From positions 30,003 to 94,002 of the forward strand of contig PLUE01000065.1 of assembly GCA_003164785.1 (NCBI GenBank): 64,000 nucleotides of DNA, written 5' to 3'. Origin of the DNA: Gammaproteobacteria bacterium (GTDB taxonomy: Bacteria > Pseudomonadota > Gammaproteobacteria > Steroidobacterales > Steroidobacteraceae). Positions 18,023-28,033 of the stretch are shown here, one piece after another. The notes beneath the pieces are model-generated. The model was not told the DNA's origin. It searched no databases and saw only the letters and a program-made list of their open reading frames with translations. The translations under genes and the position numbers were made by a program. Within the stretch, counting starts at the first letter, position 1. Every line of letters starts with the position of its first letter.

Positions 18023-18958
18023 TCAATACACTTCGGGCACCAGCATCTCCGCCGGCACCGACTGCCGGGAGTAGTGTTCATGACGTTCGCGCAGCGGCAG
18101 CACGATCGGCGTCTTCGGCAACTCGGCATAGGGAAATTGCTTCAACAGATGATCGATGCAGTTCAGGCGGGCGCGCTTCTTGTCGACCGCCTGCACCACC
18201 CACCATGGTGCCTCGGGGATGTGCGAACGTTCGAGCATGATCTCCTTCGCCTTGGTGTACTCCTCCCAGCGGCGTCGCGATTCAAGATCCATCGGGCTCA
18301 ATTTCCACTGCTTCAGCGGATCGTGAATCCGGCCTAGGAAGCGAATATATTGCTCGTGATCGGTGATCGAGAACCAGTATTTGATCAAGCGAATCCCCGA
18401 GCGCGCGAGCATGCGTTCGAATTCGGGCACGGAGCGGAAAAACTCTTCGTATTCCTCGGGCGTGCAGAATCCCATCACCTTTTCGACGCCGGCGCGGTTG
18501 TACCAGCTGCGGTCGAACAGCACCATCTCGCCGGCGGCCGGAAGGTGGGATACGTAGCGCTGAAAATACCACTGCGTCCGTTCGCGATCGTTCGGCGCCG
18601 GCAGGGCCGCGACACGGCACACGCGCGGATTCAGCTTCTGAGTGATTCGCTTGATGGCGCCGCCCTTGCCGGCGGCGTCACGCCCCTCGAACAGAATCAC
18701 GACCTTCTGCTGGGTCGCGACCACCCAATCCTGCAGCTTGACGAGTTCGGCCTGCAGGCGATACAGCTGCTGGAAGTAGCTTCGCCGAAACGTCCTTCCT
18801 TCGGCGGAGTCGGCCGGCTTGTCCTCTCCCGGGAGGGGATGGCGATCCTCGATCTCCATCTCCAGCTCTTCGTCGTAGCTGTCCTCGAGATCGCGCCGGA
18901 TGCCGCGAATGAGTTCTTCCTGATCGAGCGCTGGATTGGTGTTCGTATTCATAGGCAC
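18023..18958 (-). CDS. ppk2: Polyphosphate kinase 2
   Basis: VVILFEGRDAAGKGGAIKRI (Walker A), FDRSWYNRAGVEKVMGF, and a lid region typical of PPK2. Confidence 0.9.
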   Translation of the reverse strand: MPMNTNTNPALDQEELIRGIRRDLEDSYDEELEMEIEDRHPLPGEDKPADSAEGRTFRRSYFQQLYRLQAELVKLQDWVVATQQKVVILFEGRDAAGKGGAIKRITQKLNPRVCRVAALPAPNDRERTQWYFQRYVSHLPAAGEMVLFDRSWYNRAGVEKVMGFCTPEEYEEFFRSVPEFERMLARSGIRLIKYWFSITDHEQYIRFLGRIHDPLKQWKLSPMDLESRRRWEEYTKAKEIMLERSHIPEAPWWVVQAVDKKRARLNCIDHLLKQFPYAELPKTPIVLPLRERHEHYSRQSVPAEMLVPEVY

Positions 18959-19054
18959 TTGAGCGTGTACGTTGATTGTTACCGATTTGTGACGGCGAGC
19001 GGGAGGTCGCGTCCGCCGCTATAATCGATTGCGATCTCCCCCTCGAGGAGCCCC

Positions 19055-19162
19055 ATGCTCGATCACACGGGCATCAGGGCTCATTACCATCCCGATTATT
19101 ATGGTGCGTTCGTGCGGGATCCCGACGGCAACAACATCGAAGCGGTGTGCCACCACGGGTGA
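19055..19162 (+). pseudogene. VOC/glyoxalase-family C-terminal remnant (35 codons)
   Basis: GIRAHYHPDYYGAFVRDPDGNNIEAVCHHG* matches the conserved C-terminus of VOC proteins. An in-frame stop lies 11 codons upstream of the ATG, so about 90 N-terminal residues are missing. Confidence 0.45.
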
Positions 19163-21262
19163 CTACCAGATGCGACAGGGCTTCTCCTTCACCATGGGCT
19201 GACCCACCTTGCAGGAAAACGCCGTCGCGAATTCCGGCATGTTGACCACCAAGCCGTTGACCCGGTACCTGCCCGGGGAATGGGGGTTGGTAAGCGCGCG
19301 AACGCGCAACTCGTCCGGCCGCGTGCTCTCGCAGGCCCATTGCGCATAGCCGATGAAGAAGCGCTGCGGCGGTGTGAACCCGTCGCGCAGTCTCGCGGGG
19401 GGCGGTGCCTGGGCGATCTGCGCCTGCCAGGCCATCCAGGCGAGCACCAGTCCGCCGAGATCGGCGATATCCTCGCCTTCGGTGAGCTTGCTGTTGAGCT
19501 TGATGTCATCGACGATGGTGTACCCGGCATATTGATCCACCACGCATTGCGCGCGGGCGTCGAATTGCTGCGAGTCCTCCTTGGTCCACCAATCGCGAAG
19601 ATTCCCGTGGGCGTCGAACTGGCGTCCTTCGTCATCGAACCCGTGGGTCAGTTCATGGCCGATGGTGCCGCCGGTATCGCCGTAGTTCGGGGCGTCGTCC
19701 ATGGCCGGATCGTACAACGGCGGTTGCAGGACGCCCGCCGGGAAATTGATGTCGTTCATCTGCGGGTCGTAATAGGCATTGACAGTGGGCGGCGTCATCT
19801 GCCACTCGCGGCGATCCAGCGGCTTGCCGATCTTCGCCAGTTGGCGGCGCGACTCGAACTGCGTGGCGCTTTCCACGTTGCCGAGGAAATCGTTGCGCTC
19901 GATGTGCACGGGGCCGTAGTCGCGCCACCGATCCGGGTACCCGATCTTGTTGGTGATGCCGCGAAGCTTTTCGAGCGCGTTCGCCTTGGTGGCCGGACTC
20001 ATCCAGGTGAGCTGGTCGAGGTCCGTCCGCAGCGCCTCTTCGATCTGCCGAGTCATGAGCAGCGTTCGCTCCTTGAGTTCCGGGCCGAAGGTGCGCCGCA
20101 CGAACTCGAGTCCCAGCGCCTCACCCAATTGTTCGTCCACCAACCGGACGCAGCGTTTCCAGCGCGGCTTCGGTTCCGGTATGCCGCGCAGGGTCTTGCT
20201 GTAGAACTCGAAATTCTCCTGCACGAAGGCCGCCGTCAAGTACGGCGCGGTGGCGTGCGCTACGTGCCAGCGGAGGTACGTCTTGATGTCCGCGAGACTC
20301 GAGCCGCGCCACAGGTGGTCGAGCGCGCGGAAGAACCGGGGCTCGGTGACGTTGAAGCTGTCGAGGCTCTCCATGCCGGCATGGCGCAGATACGGGCTCC
20401 AGGCGAAATCGGGCGTGAGCGCGTCGAGGCCGCGCGCATTCACCTTGTGAAACAGCTTGTGCGGATCGCGCAGTTCGACGCGCGTGAGCGACGCCCCGGC
20501 CAGGGCCGTCTCCATGCGCAGTACGCTCGCCGCCTCGCGGGTCGCCTCGGCCGGGTCGACGCCCAGCAACCCGAGCATGCGCGCCACGTGCCGCGCGTAG
20601 CGACGGCGCAGGGTGACGGACTTGGCGTCCGTCTTGGTGTAGTAATCCCGATCAGGCAGACCCAGTCCGCCGGCCGCCGCGAAGGCGATCACCTGGGAGG
20701 AGTCCGCGAAATCCTGGTTGGACGTGAACTGGAAAAACAGGCCGCCGTCGGCGAGGCTGAGGTGCAGTTCACTGAGTACGGCCGGCAGATCGGCCTTCGA
20801 GGTCATGGCCTCGATCGGGTCGAGGTAGCGGCGCAGCGGCTGCGCGCCGCGTCGTTCCACCGCCGCCTCGTCCATGCAGGCGGCGAAATAGTCGCCGATC
20901 AGTTTCTGCGGGGCGCTGCGCCCGGGTGCGTTCGCGGCCAGGCCGTCGAGAATGCCCCAAAGAAAATGCTCGTTGTCGTCGGTGAGCTTGCCGTACACGC
21001 TCCAGCTCGCCTGGTCGCCAGGAATGGGATTCTGCGCGATCCAGCCGCCGCAGGCGTATTGATAAAAGTCCTCGCAGGCCTGCGCCTTGGTGTCCATGGC
21101 GCCGACGTCGAGCCCGGGCGTGTGCGGGAATGCAGTGAGCGGTCGGTCGGACCGCCCTGCCGGCGCCGCCAGCACGGGCGCCCCCGGCGCCGGCGCTTGT
21201 GCGCGTGCGGCGGCGGCGGCGGTCATGAAAGCGACGAGCAGGCAGCAAATCCATCGGTTCAT
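19163..21262 (-). CDS. M13 family metallopeptidase (PepO/endothelin-converting-enzyme-like)
   Basis: Signal peptide, HELTHGFDD (HExxH), EGEDIADLGG (ExxADxGG), and terminal ...CRIW. Confidence 0.9.
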   Translation of the reverse strand: MNRWICCLLVAFMTAAAAARAQAPAPGAPVLAAPAGRSDRPLTAFPHTPGLDVGAMDTKAQACEDFYQYACGGWIAQNPIPGDQASWSVYGKLTDDNEHFLWGILDGLAANAPGRSAPQKLIGDYFAACMDEAAVERRGAQPLRRYLDPIEAMTSKADLPAVLSELHLSLADGGLFFQFTSNQDFADSSQVIAFAAAGGLGLPDRDYYTKTDAKSVTLRRRYARHVARMLGLLGVDPAEATREAASVLRMETALAGASLTRVELRDPHKLFHKVNARGLDALTPDFAWSPYLRHAGMESLDSFNVTEPRFFRALDHLWRGSSLADIKTYLRWHVAHATAPYLTAAFVQENFEFYSKTLRGIPEPKPRWKRCVRLVDEQLGEALGLEFVRRTFGPELKERTLLMTRQIEEALRTDLDQLTWMSPATKANALEKLRGITNKIGYPDRWRDYGPVHIERNDFLGNVESATQFESRRQLAKIGKPLDRREWQMTPPTVNAYYDPQMNDINFPAGVLQPPLYDPAMDDAPNYGDTGGTIGHELTHGFDDEGRQFDAHGNLRDWWTKEDSQQFDARAQCVVDQYAGYTIVDDIKLNSKLTEGEDIADLGGLVLAWMAWQAQIAQAPPPARLRDGFTPPQRFFIGYAQWACESTRPDELRVRALTNPHSPGRYRVNGLVVNMPEFATAFSCKVGQPMVKEKPCRIW

Positions 21263-21308
21263 GGAGTCCGAGATTACACAATCACGACGGTTGCTGCTTG
21301 CGTGCGCG

Positions 21309-22123
21309 TCAGTCGACCGGCGAATGACGGCCCCAGTCGAAGCGGCGGCCCAGAATGGCCTTCACGATCAGATGATCGGTCGAGGCCGTGGCACCGATGC
21401 CGACGCCGATGTTGATTTCCCATAGGGGTGACACGTTGAGATCGGTTACAACGAACAGTTGCTGCTGCTGGTTGTGGATCGGAGACATGTTACCGATGGC
21501 GCCGTAGTCGGCATACATTCGAGCCCAGCGCTGACGACTCGCGTAATGTCGTAGCTGATTTTCGCACTAGGGGCAAATCCCAGTCCTTGATTGACGTCAG
21601 GTCCATGCAACGTCCGCTCAAGGGCCGGATTGACGGCGAAATACCAACGCCCAATGCTCTTGTCGATGATCGGCCGGATTTCCCACGTCCAGGTATCGGT
21701 CGAGTAGGCGGAGCGTTGAAAACCGATTTCGGTGGAGAGACTCAGCCCCACCGGCCACCCCCACGAATCAGGGACCCGGACACGCGGACGAATGTGATCG
21801 CCCACCCATTGCACACCGTGCCCATCCTGTTCGCTTGTAAAAATATAGAATCCAACCTCGGACCAGTCATTGAGGCCTTCGGTGAGCTCAATCGTCTCGT
21901 GCTCCTGATGATTCGTCGGATAAACACCGTCCATGAGGTACTTCTGGCCATCGACGGTGAAATTCGAGTGCAGTTCAACCATCAAGGTCCCAGGTGCGAC
22001 GGTCTCAGCCCCGTAGACTTGAATCTCGTAATTGGCTTGAGCGTGAGCAACCAGCGGCACGCAAGCGGGCGCGGCAACTGCGATAAAACATCGGCGCCAT
22101 AAGGGAGCAGATCGCTCAGGCAT
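21309..22123 (-). pseudogene. Outer-membrane beta-barrel protein downstream of the multicopper oxidase, single-base frameshift
   Basis: ORF A carries the signal peptide ...VPLVAHA and runs to ...AKISYDITRVVSAGLE. The sequence continues naturally in ORF B as YADYGAIGNMSPIH...AILGRRFDW. The junction at ~21519-21521 (CTCGA|ATGTAT) is one base short of in-frame. Confidence 0.6.
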
Positions 22124-23378
22124 AGTCGAAGAGCATCATGAAGCCCAAATCCATGTGGTTCTGTTGATGACAGTGAAAGAGCGAAGCGCCAGGATTGTTG
22201 GCCGTAAACTCGACTTCGGTACGCGTCTGCGAGTCAACCAGCACGACATCTTTGATGATGCCTCGAATATCGTCGGGTGCAATCCCTTGAGCGGCACCGA
22301 GCGATGCCCCCAAGCGTCGAAGCTCGAAGCTATGCCGATGTAGATGCAGCGGATGGTCATCGACGCTATTGTTGATGAACTGCAGGCGGTAGCGCCGTCC
22401 GTGGATGAGTGGCGCCACCCGGGCGTTCGGATAGGAGGCGCCATTGATGGTCCATTTCTCCATGGCACCGTGACCTTGGAACGTTGATTCGAACACCAGG
22501 GGAATAAGAATCGGCGACTCCGCCGAGGAATCGGGGGAGTGCGCGTGGGCGAACTGTTCGTAGTTCCAGGTTAAAGCGGTCGGCTGCTGCCACTCTGGGT
22601 TGCCCTTTTTTTTTTCGTACTCGACAGCGATCGCCATGCCGAGCGCCTGGACGTGTTTGCGCACCTCGCCCAACACCCAGACGCCGGGATTATCCATCTC
22701 CACCAGCGCGCACACCCGCTCAGCGGGCGCGAGGCGCAACATAGGTACCGTCCTTTGGGTGGGGACCGGGTTGCCATCGAGGGCCATCACGCGAAAGCTA
22801 TGGCCCGACAACGCAATCCAGTGCACCTCGGTCGGACTCGAGTTAAGCACGTGCAGCAAGATCCGCTGCCCCTGTTTGACCCGAAGCGCCTCGCCTGACC
22901 CCATGGCTTTGCCGTTAATGGTGGTCACGGCGTAGCCCGGGTTCATGGCGCCATCGTCACTGGCGAGCAAGTAGCCCTGCCAGTCATGCAGAGCGAGAAA
23001 GAACTCTTGATCGTAAGGCGCGGGATTCTGGCGCGGGTCGATCATCAAAAAACCGTGTTGGCCGCCGTATTGCGCCCGCGTGAAATCATTCATCGCCATG
23101 GTGTGGGTGTGATACCACCTAAAGCCCGAGGGACGCGGGGTAAGGGTGTAGCGGGCGCGCGATTTCGGCGCGATCGGCAGCGTGCCCTCTTCCATGGCGC
23201 CATCAACGTCGGGAGGGCTGAAGAGGCCGTGCCAGTGCACCACTTCAGGACGGTCGGTGCGATTGAACACGTCGATTGTGACCGGTTGATTTTCTTTGAA
23301 GCGTAATAGTGGGCCCGGGACCTGGCCGTTGTAGGCGGTGGTGGTCAGTTTATGTCGCGGTGATAAATCGATGGTCAC
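22116..23378 (-). CDS. Multicopper oxidase (three-domain, CopA/CueO-like)
   Basis: Copper ligand motifs VHWHGL, WYHTHT, HPLHLHRH and HCHQQNHMDLGFM. Coordinates start at the first canonical start (GTG 23378). A Tat-type signal (SRRDLLKVSALAGLAPTFSGFAQG) is encoded in-frame upstream, up to 23507. Confidence 0.85.
   Translation of the reverse strand: MTIDLSPRHKLTTTAYNGQVPGPLLRFKENQPVTIDVFNRTDRPEVVHWHGLFSPPDVDGAMEEGTLPIAPKSRARYTLTPRPSGFRWYHTHTMAMNDFTRAQYGGQHGFLMIDPRQNPAPYDQEFFLALHDWQGYLLASDDGAMNPGYAVTTINGKAMGSGEALRVKQGQRILLHVLNSSPTEVHWIALSGHSFRVMALDGNPVPTQRTVPMLRLAPAERVCALVEMDNPGVWVLGEVRKHVQALGMAIAVEYEKKKGNPEWQQPTALTWNYEQFAHAHSPDSSAESPILIPLVFESTFQGHGAMEKWTINGASYPNARVAPLIHGRRYRLQFINNSVDDHPLHLHRHSFELRRLGASLGAAQGIAPDDIRGIIKDVVLVDSQTRTEVEFTANNPGASLFHCHQQNHMDLGFMMLFDYA
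22606..22615 (-). repeat. A10 homopolymer inside the multicopper oxidase CDS
   Basis: Ten consecutive T on the plus strand, which is GAA AAA AAA AAG on the coding strand (EKKK). Unusual in this GC-rich context. Confidence 0.9.
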
Positions 23379-23632
23379 CGGCGCAATGTCGATGGTGTAA
23401 TCCGGCGCATCCGCCGTGTGAGGATTCAGACCTTGCGCGAACCCAGAGAATGTCGGCGCCAGTCCGGCGAGGGCGGAAACTTTTAGAAGATCGCGTCGCG
23501 AGATTATCGTTGGATGATAGCGAATCGCACGAGCGGCAGTGATGTTAAAAACGATGATTTAGGGATTGAATGAATTCCAGTGCCATCGATCAACGATTTT
23601 CAACAATGAATGATTCGTATTTCCATCCGTTA

Positions 23633-23971
23633 TCAAAACCGTCGACTCGGCGAACGTATGACGCCGAACTCCATCAGGCTGTTGGCGACAATGTTGCTGG
23701 GATGCTCGAGCAGAGCACCGCGCAGCATGGCAGCGACCTTATCGGCCATCCTCAGCGTTTCACGGGATGCATTAGTCAACGCGATGCTCGCAGCATCGAG
23801 CGCCGTGGGTTCTAGATATAGCGGCGCTGCTGGATCGCTGGGTTTCGGAGGATCCGGAAGCGCGCGAATCAAGAGCTGGGCCATTCTGTTGTCGGGTTTC
23901 AAGGGAACTGCGGCCCCGACGGACAGCGAGGCGTTGCCGTCCCGTTTCCGCGCGCGGGCCAGTGCTGCCAT
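23633..23971 (-). pseudogene. Possible Na/Pi-cotransporter-family remnant (post-TM linker and first PhoU-like segment)
   Basis: ...PLYLEPTALDAASIALTNASRETLRMADKVAAMLRGAL... resembles the segment after the TM domain of Na/Pi cotransporter II-related proteins. No TM domain lies upstream and the C-terminus is truncated. Confidence 0.3.
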
Positions 23972-24409
23972 TCCGTCGAGTTAGATTGCGACACGCCTGG
24001 CGCAGAGCAATCCTGCTCCCGCTGGAATCCACTGGCTGGTCAATTTCTATAAAAAATATACACGGGTTCCGGATTTCTTTACGTACGCTTGACGGCGCGA
24101 TCAGTAGGCTTGCCCGAAGCTCCACTGAAACTGTATGGAAGTCAGATCGTCGTGCTGGATTTATCGACCGGGCTTGGCACGGCCATGACGTAGGCACTGC
24201 AGCGACGCGCGCAACCGAACTTTATGCTCGCTGGGCCGGTTTTGCGAAGGGGCCGGGTTGCCCGTCTCGTTTGGAGTCGATCGTCGGGGAGCCGCGGCAC
24301 TGCGCGCGCTGAACAGGTAAAGCCACGGCGATGACGTCCTGGGGAGCCGCGATACACGAACGGCACGCGGTTCATCCTCTAATTGGCGACAAACATGGGA
24401 TTGGAAAAA

Positions 24410-26071
24410 ATGAGAGACGGGATCACAAAATATGGGCTTTGGATGCGGATCCTGCTCACCATGACTGCGTTGATGTCAGTCAACACGGTTGTGTTGGCGG
24501 ACAGCGGCCCGGTCGATGGTTGCTCCAAGGGATCGGACAGCGAGAGTTTCTGGAAGCGGCTGAGCGAGAGCTATCAAAAGCATCTGTTCCCCGGCGAGTC
24601 GGTCGCCGCGCCGGTCGATCCCAATGCACCGTTCGACGAGGAAGCCATGGGCTATCGCAAGGATATCGCCCCGCCGCCGGTATCGAATCCGCCGTGGCCC
24701 TATGCCGTCTACAATGAGGGGGGAACGGAGCTGATCGGCTATGAGAATATGTACAGCAGCGCGCTCATGGATGCGCTCTATTGCGGCTCCAATGGCAAGG
24801 CGCTGAAGGACAGCCGTTTCACCATCTATGGCTGGCTTGAGCCTGGCGGCAACATCAGTACGTCGAACACTAATTTCAACAAGCTCACAGGCACCGGCGG
24901 CAACTATCCAGCCGCTTACTCGTATCAGCCCGACACCATCCAACTGGACCAATTCGCGTTGTACTTCGAGCGGACGCCCGACGAGATCCAGCGCGATCAC
25001 ATCGACTGGGGGTTCCGAGTCGCGCTCTTGTACGGAACGGATTACAAGTATACGTTCTCCAACGGCATAATGAGCTACCAGTACACGGAGCAGGAAAGGC
25101 TTTATGGCTTCGATCCGGTCATGTATTACCTGGACTTTTACTTTCCCAAGTTCTTCGACGGTGAGAACGTGCGTATCGGCCGGTATATCTCCATCCCCGA
25201 CATCGAGGCGCAGCTCGCGCCGAACAACATGACTTACAGCCACTCTCTCCTATATACCTACGATCCCTACACGCAGAACGGTATCGTGTCGACCACCATG
25301 CTGAGCAACAACTGGAGAGTGCAACTGGAGGTTTCCGCGGGCAACGACATCTCCCCGACTGACAAGCATTTTCGGCAGTTGACCCCGGCGGCTTGCGTCA
25401 TCTACACCACCGACTCGGGCGCAGATGCGATCTATCCGTGCATGAACGGATTGAACAACCAGAACTTCGGCTGGAACAACATTCAACATGCCGTGACGAC
25501 GTGGTACCACAAGTTCAACGAGCATTGGCACATGGATACCGAAGCGTGGTACATGTGGCAAAACCACACGCCCGACGTGTCGAACCCGCAGGGCGCGGCC
25601 ATCCTGGCCGCCATGTTCCCCGCACCGGAATACAATATTGGGGCGCCGTCGGGAGCCCAGTGCAACAACACCGCGCTCGTGTACTGCGCCTCCCATGAAT
25701 GGGCGATGGTTAATTACCTCAATTATCAGTATGACCCGCATAACGTCTGGTCGTGGCGCACCGATTACATGAACGACAGCACGGGGCAGCGCACCGGTTT
25801 CAAAGGGGCGTTCGTCGAGCTGGATCTCGGCTACACGCACTGGGTCGGTGATGCCCTCGAATTGCGCCCGGAGGCACGTTGGGAGCGCCAAGTATCCGCC
25901 CCCAACGCCGCGGTCACTGGGTATGCGTACGACAACCCGTGCTATGCGGCGTACAACCCGGCGACCCCGATGTGTACGTTCAGCAGCGGCGGCCGGACCA
26001 ATTCGTTCGAGCAGAACGGCGGCAAGCGGTCCCAGGGCATGCTGGCGGTCGATGCGATATTCCATTTCTAA
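24410..26071 (+). CDS. Outer-membrane beta-barrel (porin-like) protein
   Basis: Signal peptide ...LLTMTALMSVNTVVLA, aromatic-rich alternating strands, and terminal ...LAVDAIFHF. The start was chosen at ATG 24410; the track ORF begins at TTG 24383. Confidence 0.7.
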   Translation: MRDGITKYGLWMRILLTMTALMSVNTVVLADSGPVDGCSKGSDSESFWKRLSESYQKHLFPGESVAAPVDPNAPFDEEAMGYRKDIAPPPVSNPPWPYAVYNEGGTELIGYENMYSSALMDALYCGSNGKALKDSRFTIYGWLEPGGNISTSNTNFNKLTGTGGNYPAAYSYQPDTIQLDQFALYFERTPDEIQRDHIDWGFRVALLYGTDYKYTFSNGIMSYQYTEQERLYGFDPVMYYLDFYFPKFFDGENVRIGRYISIPDIEAQLAPNNMTYSHSLLYTYDPYTQNGIVSTTMLSNNWRVQLEVSAGNDISPTDKHFRQLTPAACVIYTTDSGADAIYPCMNGLNNQNFGWNNIQHAVTTWYHKFNEHWHMDTEAWYMWQNHTPDVSNPQGAAILAAMFPAPEYNIGAPSGAQCNNTALVYCASHEWAMVNYLNYQYDPHNVWSWRTDYMNDSTGQRTGFKGAFVELDLGYTHWVGDALELRPEARWERQVSAPNAAVTGYAYDNPCYAAYNPATPMCTFSSGGRTNSFEQNGGKRSQGMLAVDAIFHF

Positions 26072-26119
26072 GGCACCGACTCGTGGTGCGCATTGCAATG
26101 CTTTTACACAGGAGGTCGT

Positions 26120-26428
26120 ATGGCGATTAGAGCGTCTGGATGGGCGGTTGCTGCTGCACTCGTGTTCGCGACGTGCGGGGCTGCGCGCGCCGATGAGCCC
26201 GCGACCCCGCCGCCAACAAAACTAAAGGGAGGCCTGTCGCCGACCGCACAACTTTTGCAGCTGATGGACACTGACAAGAATGGCAAGGTGTCCAAGGAGG
26301 AATTCATGCACTTCATGGAAGCCGAATTCGATTTCGCGGATACCGACAAGAATGGCGAACTGGACCCCAAGGAACTGCTGCGCTTCCAAAACCGCCTGTC
26401 CCATCCCCTGGGGGGGCCTGGTCGGTAG
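26120..26428 (+). CDS. Secreted EF-hand calcium-binding protein
   Basis: AGGAGG RBS, signal peptide, and two EF-hand loops: DTDKNGKVSKEEF and DTDKNGELDPKEL. Confidence 0.8.
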   Translation: MAIRASGWAVAAALVFATCGAARADEPATPPPTKLKGGLSPTAQLLQLMDTDKNGKVSKEEFMHFMEAEFDFADTDKNGELDPKELLRFQNRLSHPLGGPGR

Positions 26429-26544
26429 CCGCGACGCAGTCAATTACGAAAGGCTCCATCGATGGGCGCAACTTCAGCCGTTACCATCGAGGTCCGCAGG
26501 GAGAGAAGGCCTTCGTGACCTGCAACCGCGACGGGGCAGCGTAG

Positions 26545-26829
26545 CTAGGGAAGGGGCGCCTCCGCCGTGACGGGATCGATGATCTGGCTGATCTTGGAGA
26601 TCTTATTGGCTGGAAAGCCACCCTTTGCCGCGTGTTCGCGAATCACGTCTTCGTTGGGGGCAATGTAGACGCAATAGATCTTGTCGTCGGTCACGTAACT
26701 CTGCACCCATTGAATCGACGGGCCTAGTTCCCGCAAAACCCCGCAGGAGGTCGCGGAAATTCCTTGCAGTTCCGCGGATGATAAATGTCCCGCGCCCGGA
26801 ATTTCCCGCTCGATCAGATATTTCGGCAT
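26545..26829 (-). CDS. DUF4242 domain protein
   Basis: MPKYLIEREIPGAGHLS...IQWVQSYVTDDKIYCVYIAPNEDVIREHAAKGGFPA. GGAG lies 7 nt before the ATG. Confidence 0.7.
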   Translation of the reverse strand: MPKYLIEREIPGAGHLSSAELQGISATSCGVLRELGPSIQWVQSYVTDDKIYCVYIAPNEDVIREHAAKGGFPANKISKISQIIDPVTAEAPLP

Positions 26830-27337
26830 ACGTGCTCCATGACAAGTGTTGGAATCTATAGGCATTCCGATCCATTGGCAAATGGCGGCGCCGTTCCATC
26901 ATTGGCGAGCGCGCGACGGAACGTCGTCGGGGGATCGCCAACAGTCCACGTGTTATCGTCCTCAGCCGCTACCAAGGTGCCGTCCAATCCGTCGGCGCCC
27001 GCGAGCACGGCGGCGCCGAGCGGGGCGAGCGGCCGTTGAGTTCATCGTGGGGCGGATGCGCCGGCGATCGGTGCGCGCCCCGGTTCGGCGAGTCTGGTGG
27101 CCTCGACGTTCACGCAATAGTCATTGCGCCGACGAATGCTTTCGATAAACTCAGAGCACCCGAACCTATGGGAGCTTTTCCGTGAGCTTGCGCCTAGGGC
27201 GGCCATGTAACGGGCTGCGCCGTGGCGCTCGTGACGCATCAGTTGTTCTACGGCATCGTTTTGAACGGCGCCTACCAGGGCAAGGGCATGGCCCGTCGGG
27301 ACGATGTGAACGTCGAAACATTGAAGGAGAGTCCTCC

Positions 27338-27958
27338 ATGCAGTCATGGTGTGCGGCCGGGGTCATGGGAGCAGCACTGGTCGTCGGTGGTTCCTTCGCG
27401 AGCGGTGCCGAGCCCCCGCTCAAGCCGCCGTCCCGCCCTGGGGGATTGAAGCTCAGCAGCACCGACGTGCATGCCGGGAAGCGATTTCCCGAGCCGTTCG
27501 TCGCAAGCACCTTCGGGTGCACCGGTGGTAATCATTCGCCGGAACTGCAATGGAGCGGAGTTCCCGCAGGCACCAAGAGCTTCGCGATCACGATGTTCGA
27601 CCCGGACGAGCACGGCACGCCCTCGGGGTGGTGGCATTGGGTGGTGTACGACATCCCGGCAACCGCGGATCATCTGCTCCAGAATGCCGGCGTCGACAAG
27701 AGCACGACCTTACCGGCCGGTTCGTCGCAGGGCCGCAACGATGAGGGTAACATGGCCTACGCAGGACCGTGTCCCGACGCGGGCGATGCGCCTCACCGGT
27801 ACGTCGTGACCTTGTATGCGCTCAAGGTGGGCAAGCTGCCGGTGCCGGCGGGCGCCAGCGGCGCGAACGTCACGTTCACCGCGCACGATTACACGCTCGG
27901 CACGGCGAGGTTGATTGCCCGCCACGATCGGTCGCCCCCATCGCCGGGACATCCCTGA
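27338..27958 (+). CDS. YbhB/YbcL family Raf-kinase-inhibitor-like (PEBP) protein, secreted
   Basis: GAAGGAGA RBS, signal peptide, NHSPELQWSGVP, FAITMFDPDEHGTPSGWWHWVVYDIP, and GDAPHRYVVTLYAL. Confidence 0.85.
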   Translation: MQSWCAAGVMGAALVVGGSFASGAEPPLKPPSRPGGLKLSSTDVHAGKRFPEPFVASTFGCTGGNHSPELQWSGVPAGTKSFAITMFDPDEHGTPSGWWHWVVYDIPATADHLLQNAGVDKSTTLPAGSSQGRNDEGNMAYAGPCPDAGDAPHRYVVTLYALKVGKLPVPAGASGANVTFTAHDYTLGTARLIARHDRSPPSPGHP

Positions 27959-28033
27959 GTAAACCGTCATGGCCGCGCCACGAGTCGACACGTCGTGTGA
28001 TGCTGCCATCGGATTGCCGGGCCGCGGCGGCAA

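Noticed and set aside
23610-24380. Several 75-140-aa ORFs on both strands in the AT-richer 900-nt gap upstream of the porin-like gene
   Set aside because: They are mutually overlapping and lack an RBS or motifs. The exception is the weak Na/Pi-cotransporter-like segment, reported as a low-confidence remnant.
26090-26101. Perfect palindrome GCATTGCAATGC followed by TTTT, after the porin-like gene
   Set aside because: As an RNA hairpin it gives only a 4-bp stem. It could be an operator for the EF-hand gene, but there is no second copy or supporting evidence.
27042-27347. 101-aa minus-strand ORF in the 500-nt gap between the DUF4242 and PEBP genes
   Set aside because: No motif recognised. Its start overlaps the PEBP RBS and start. 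It is possibly another remnant, but I cannot assign it.
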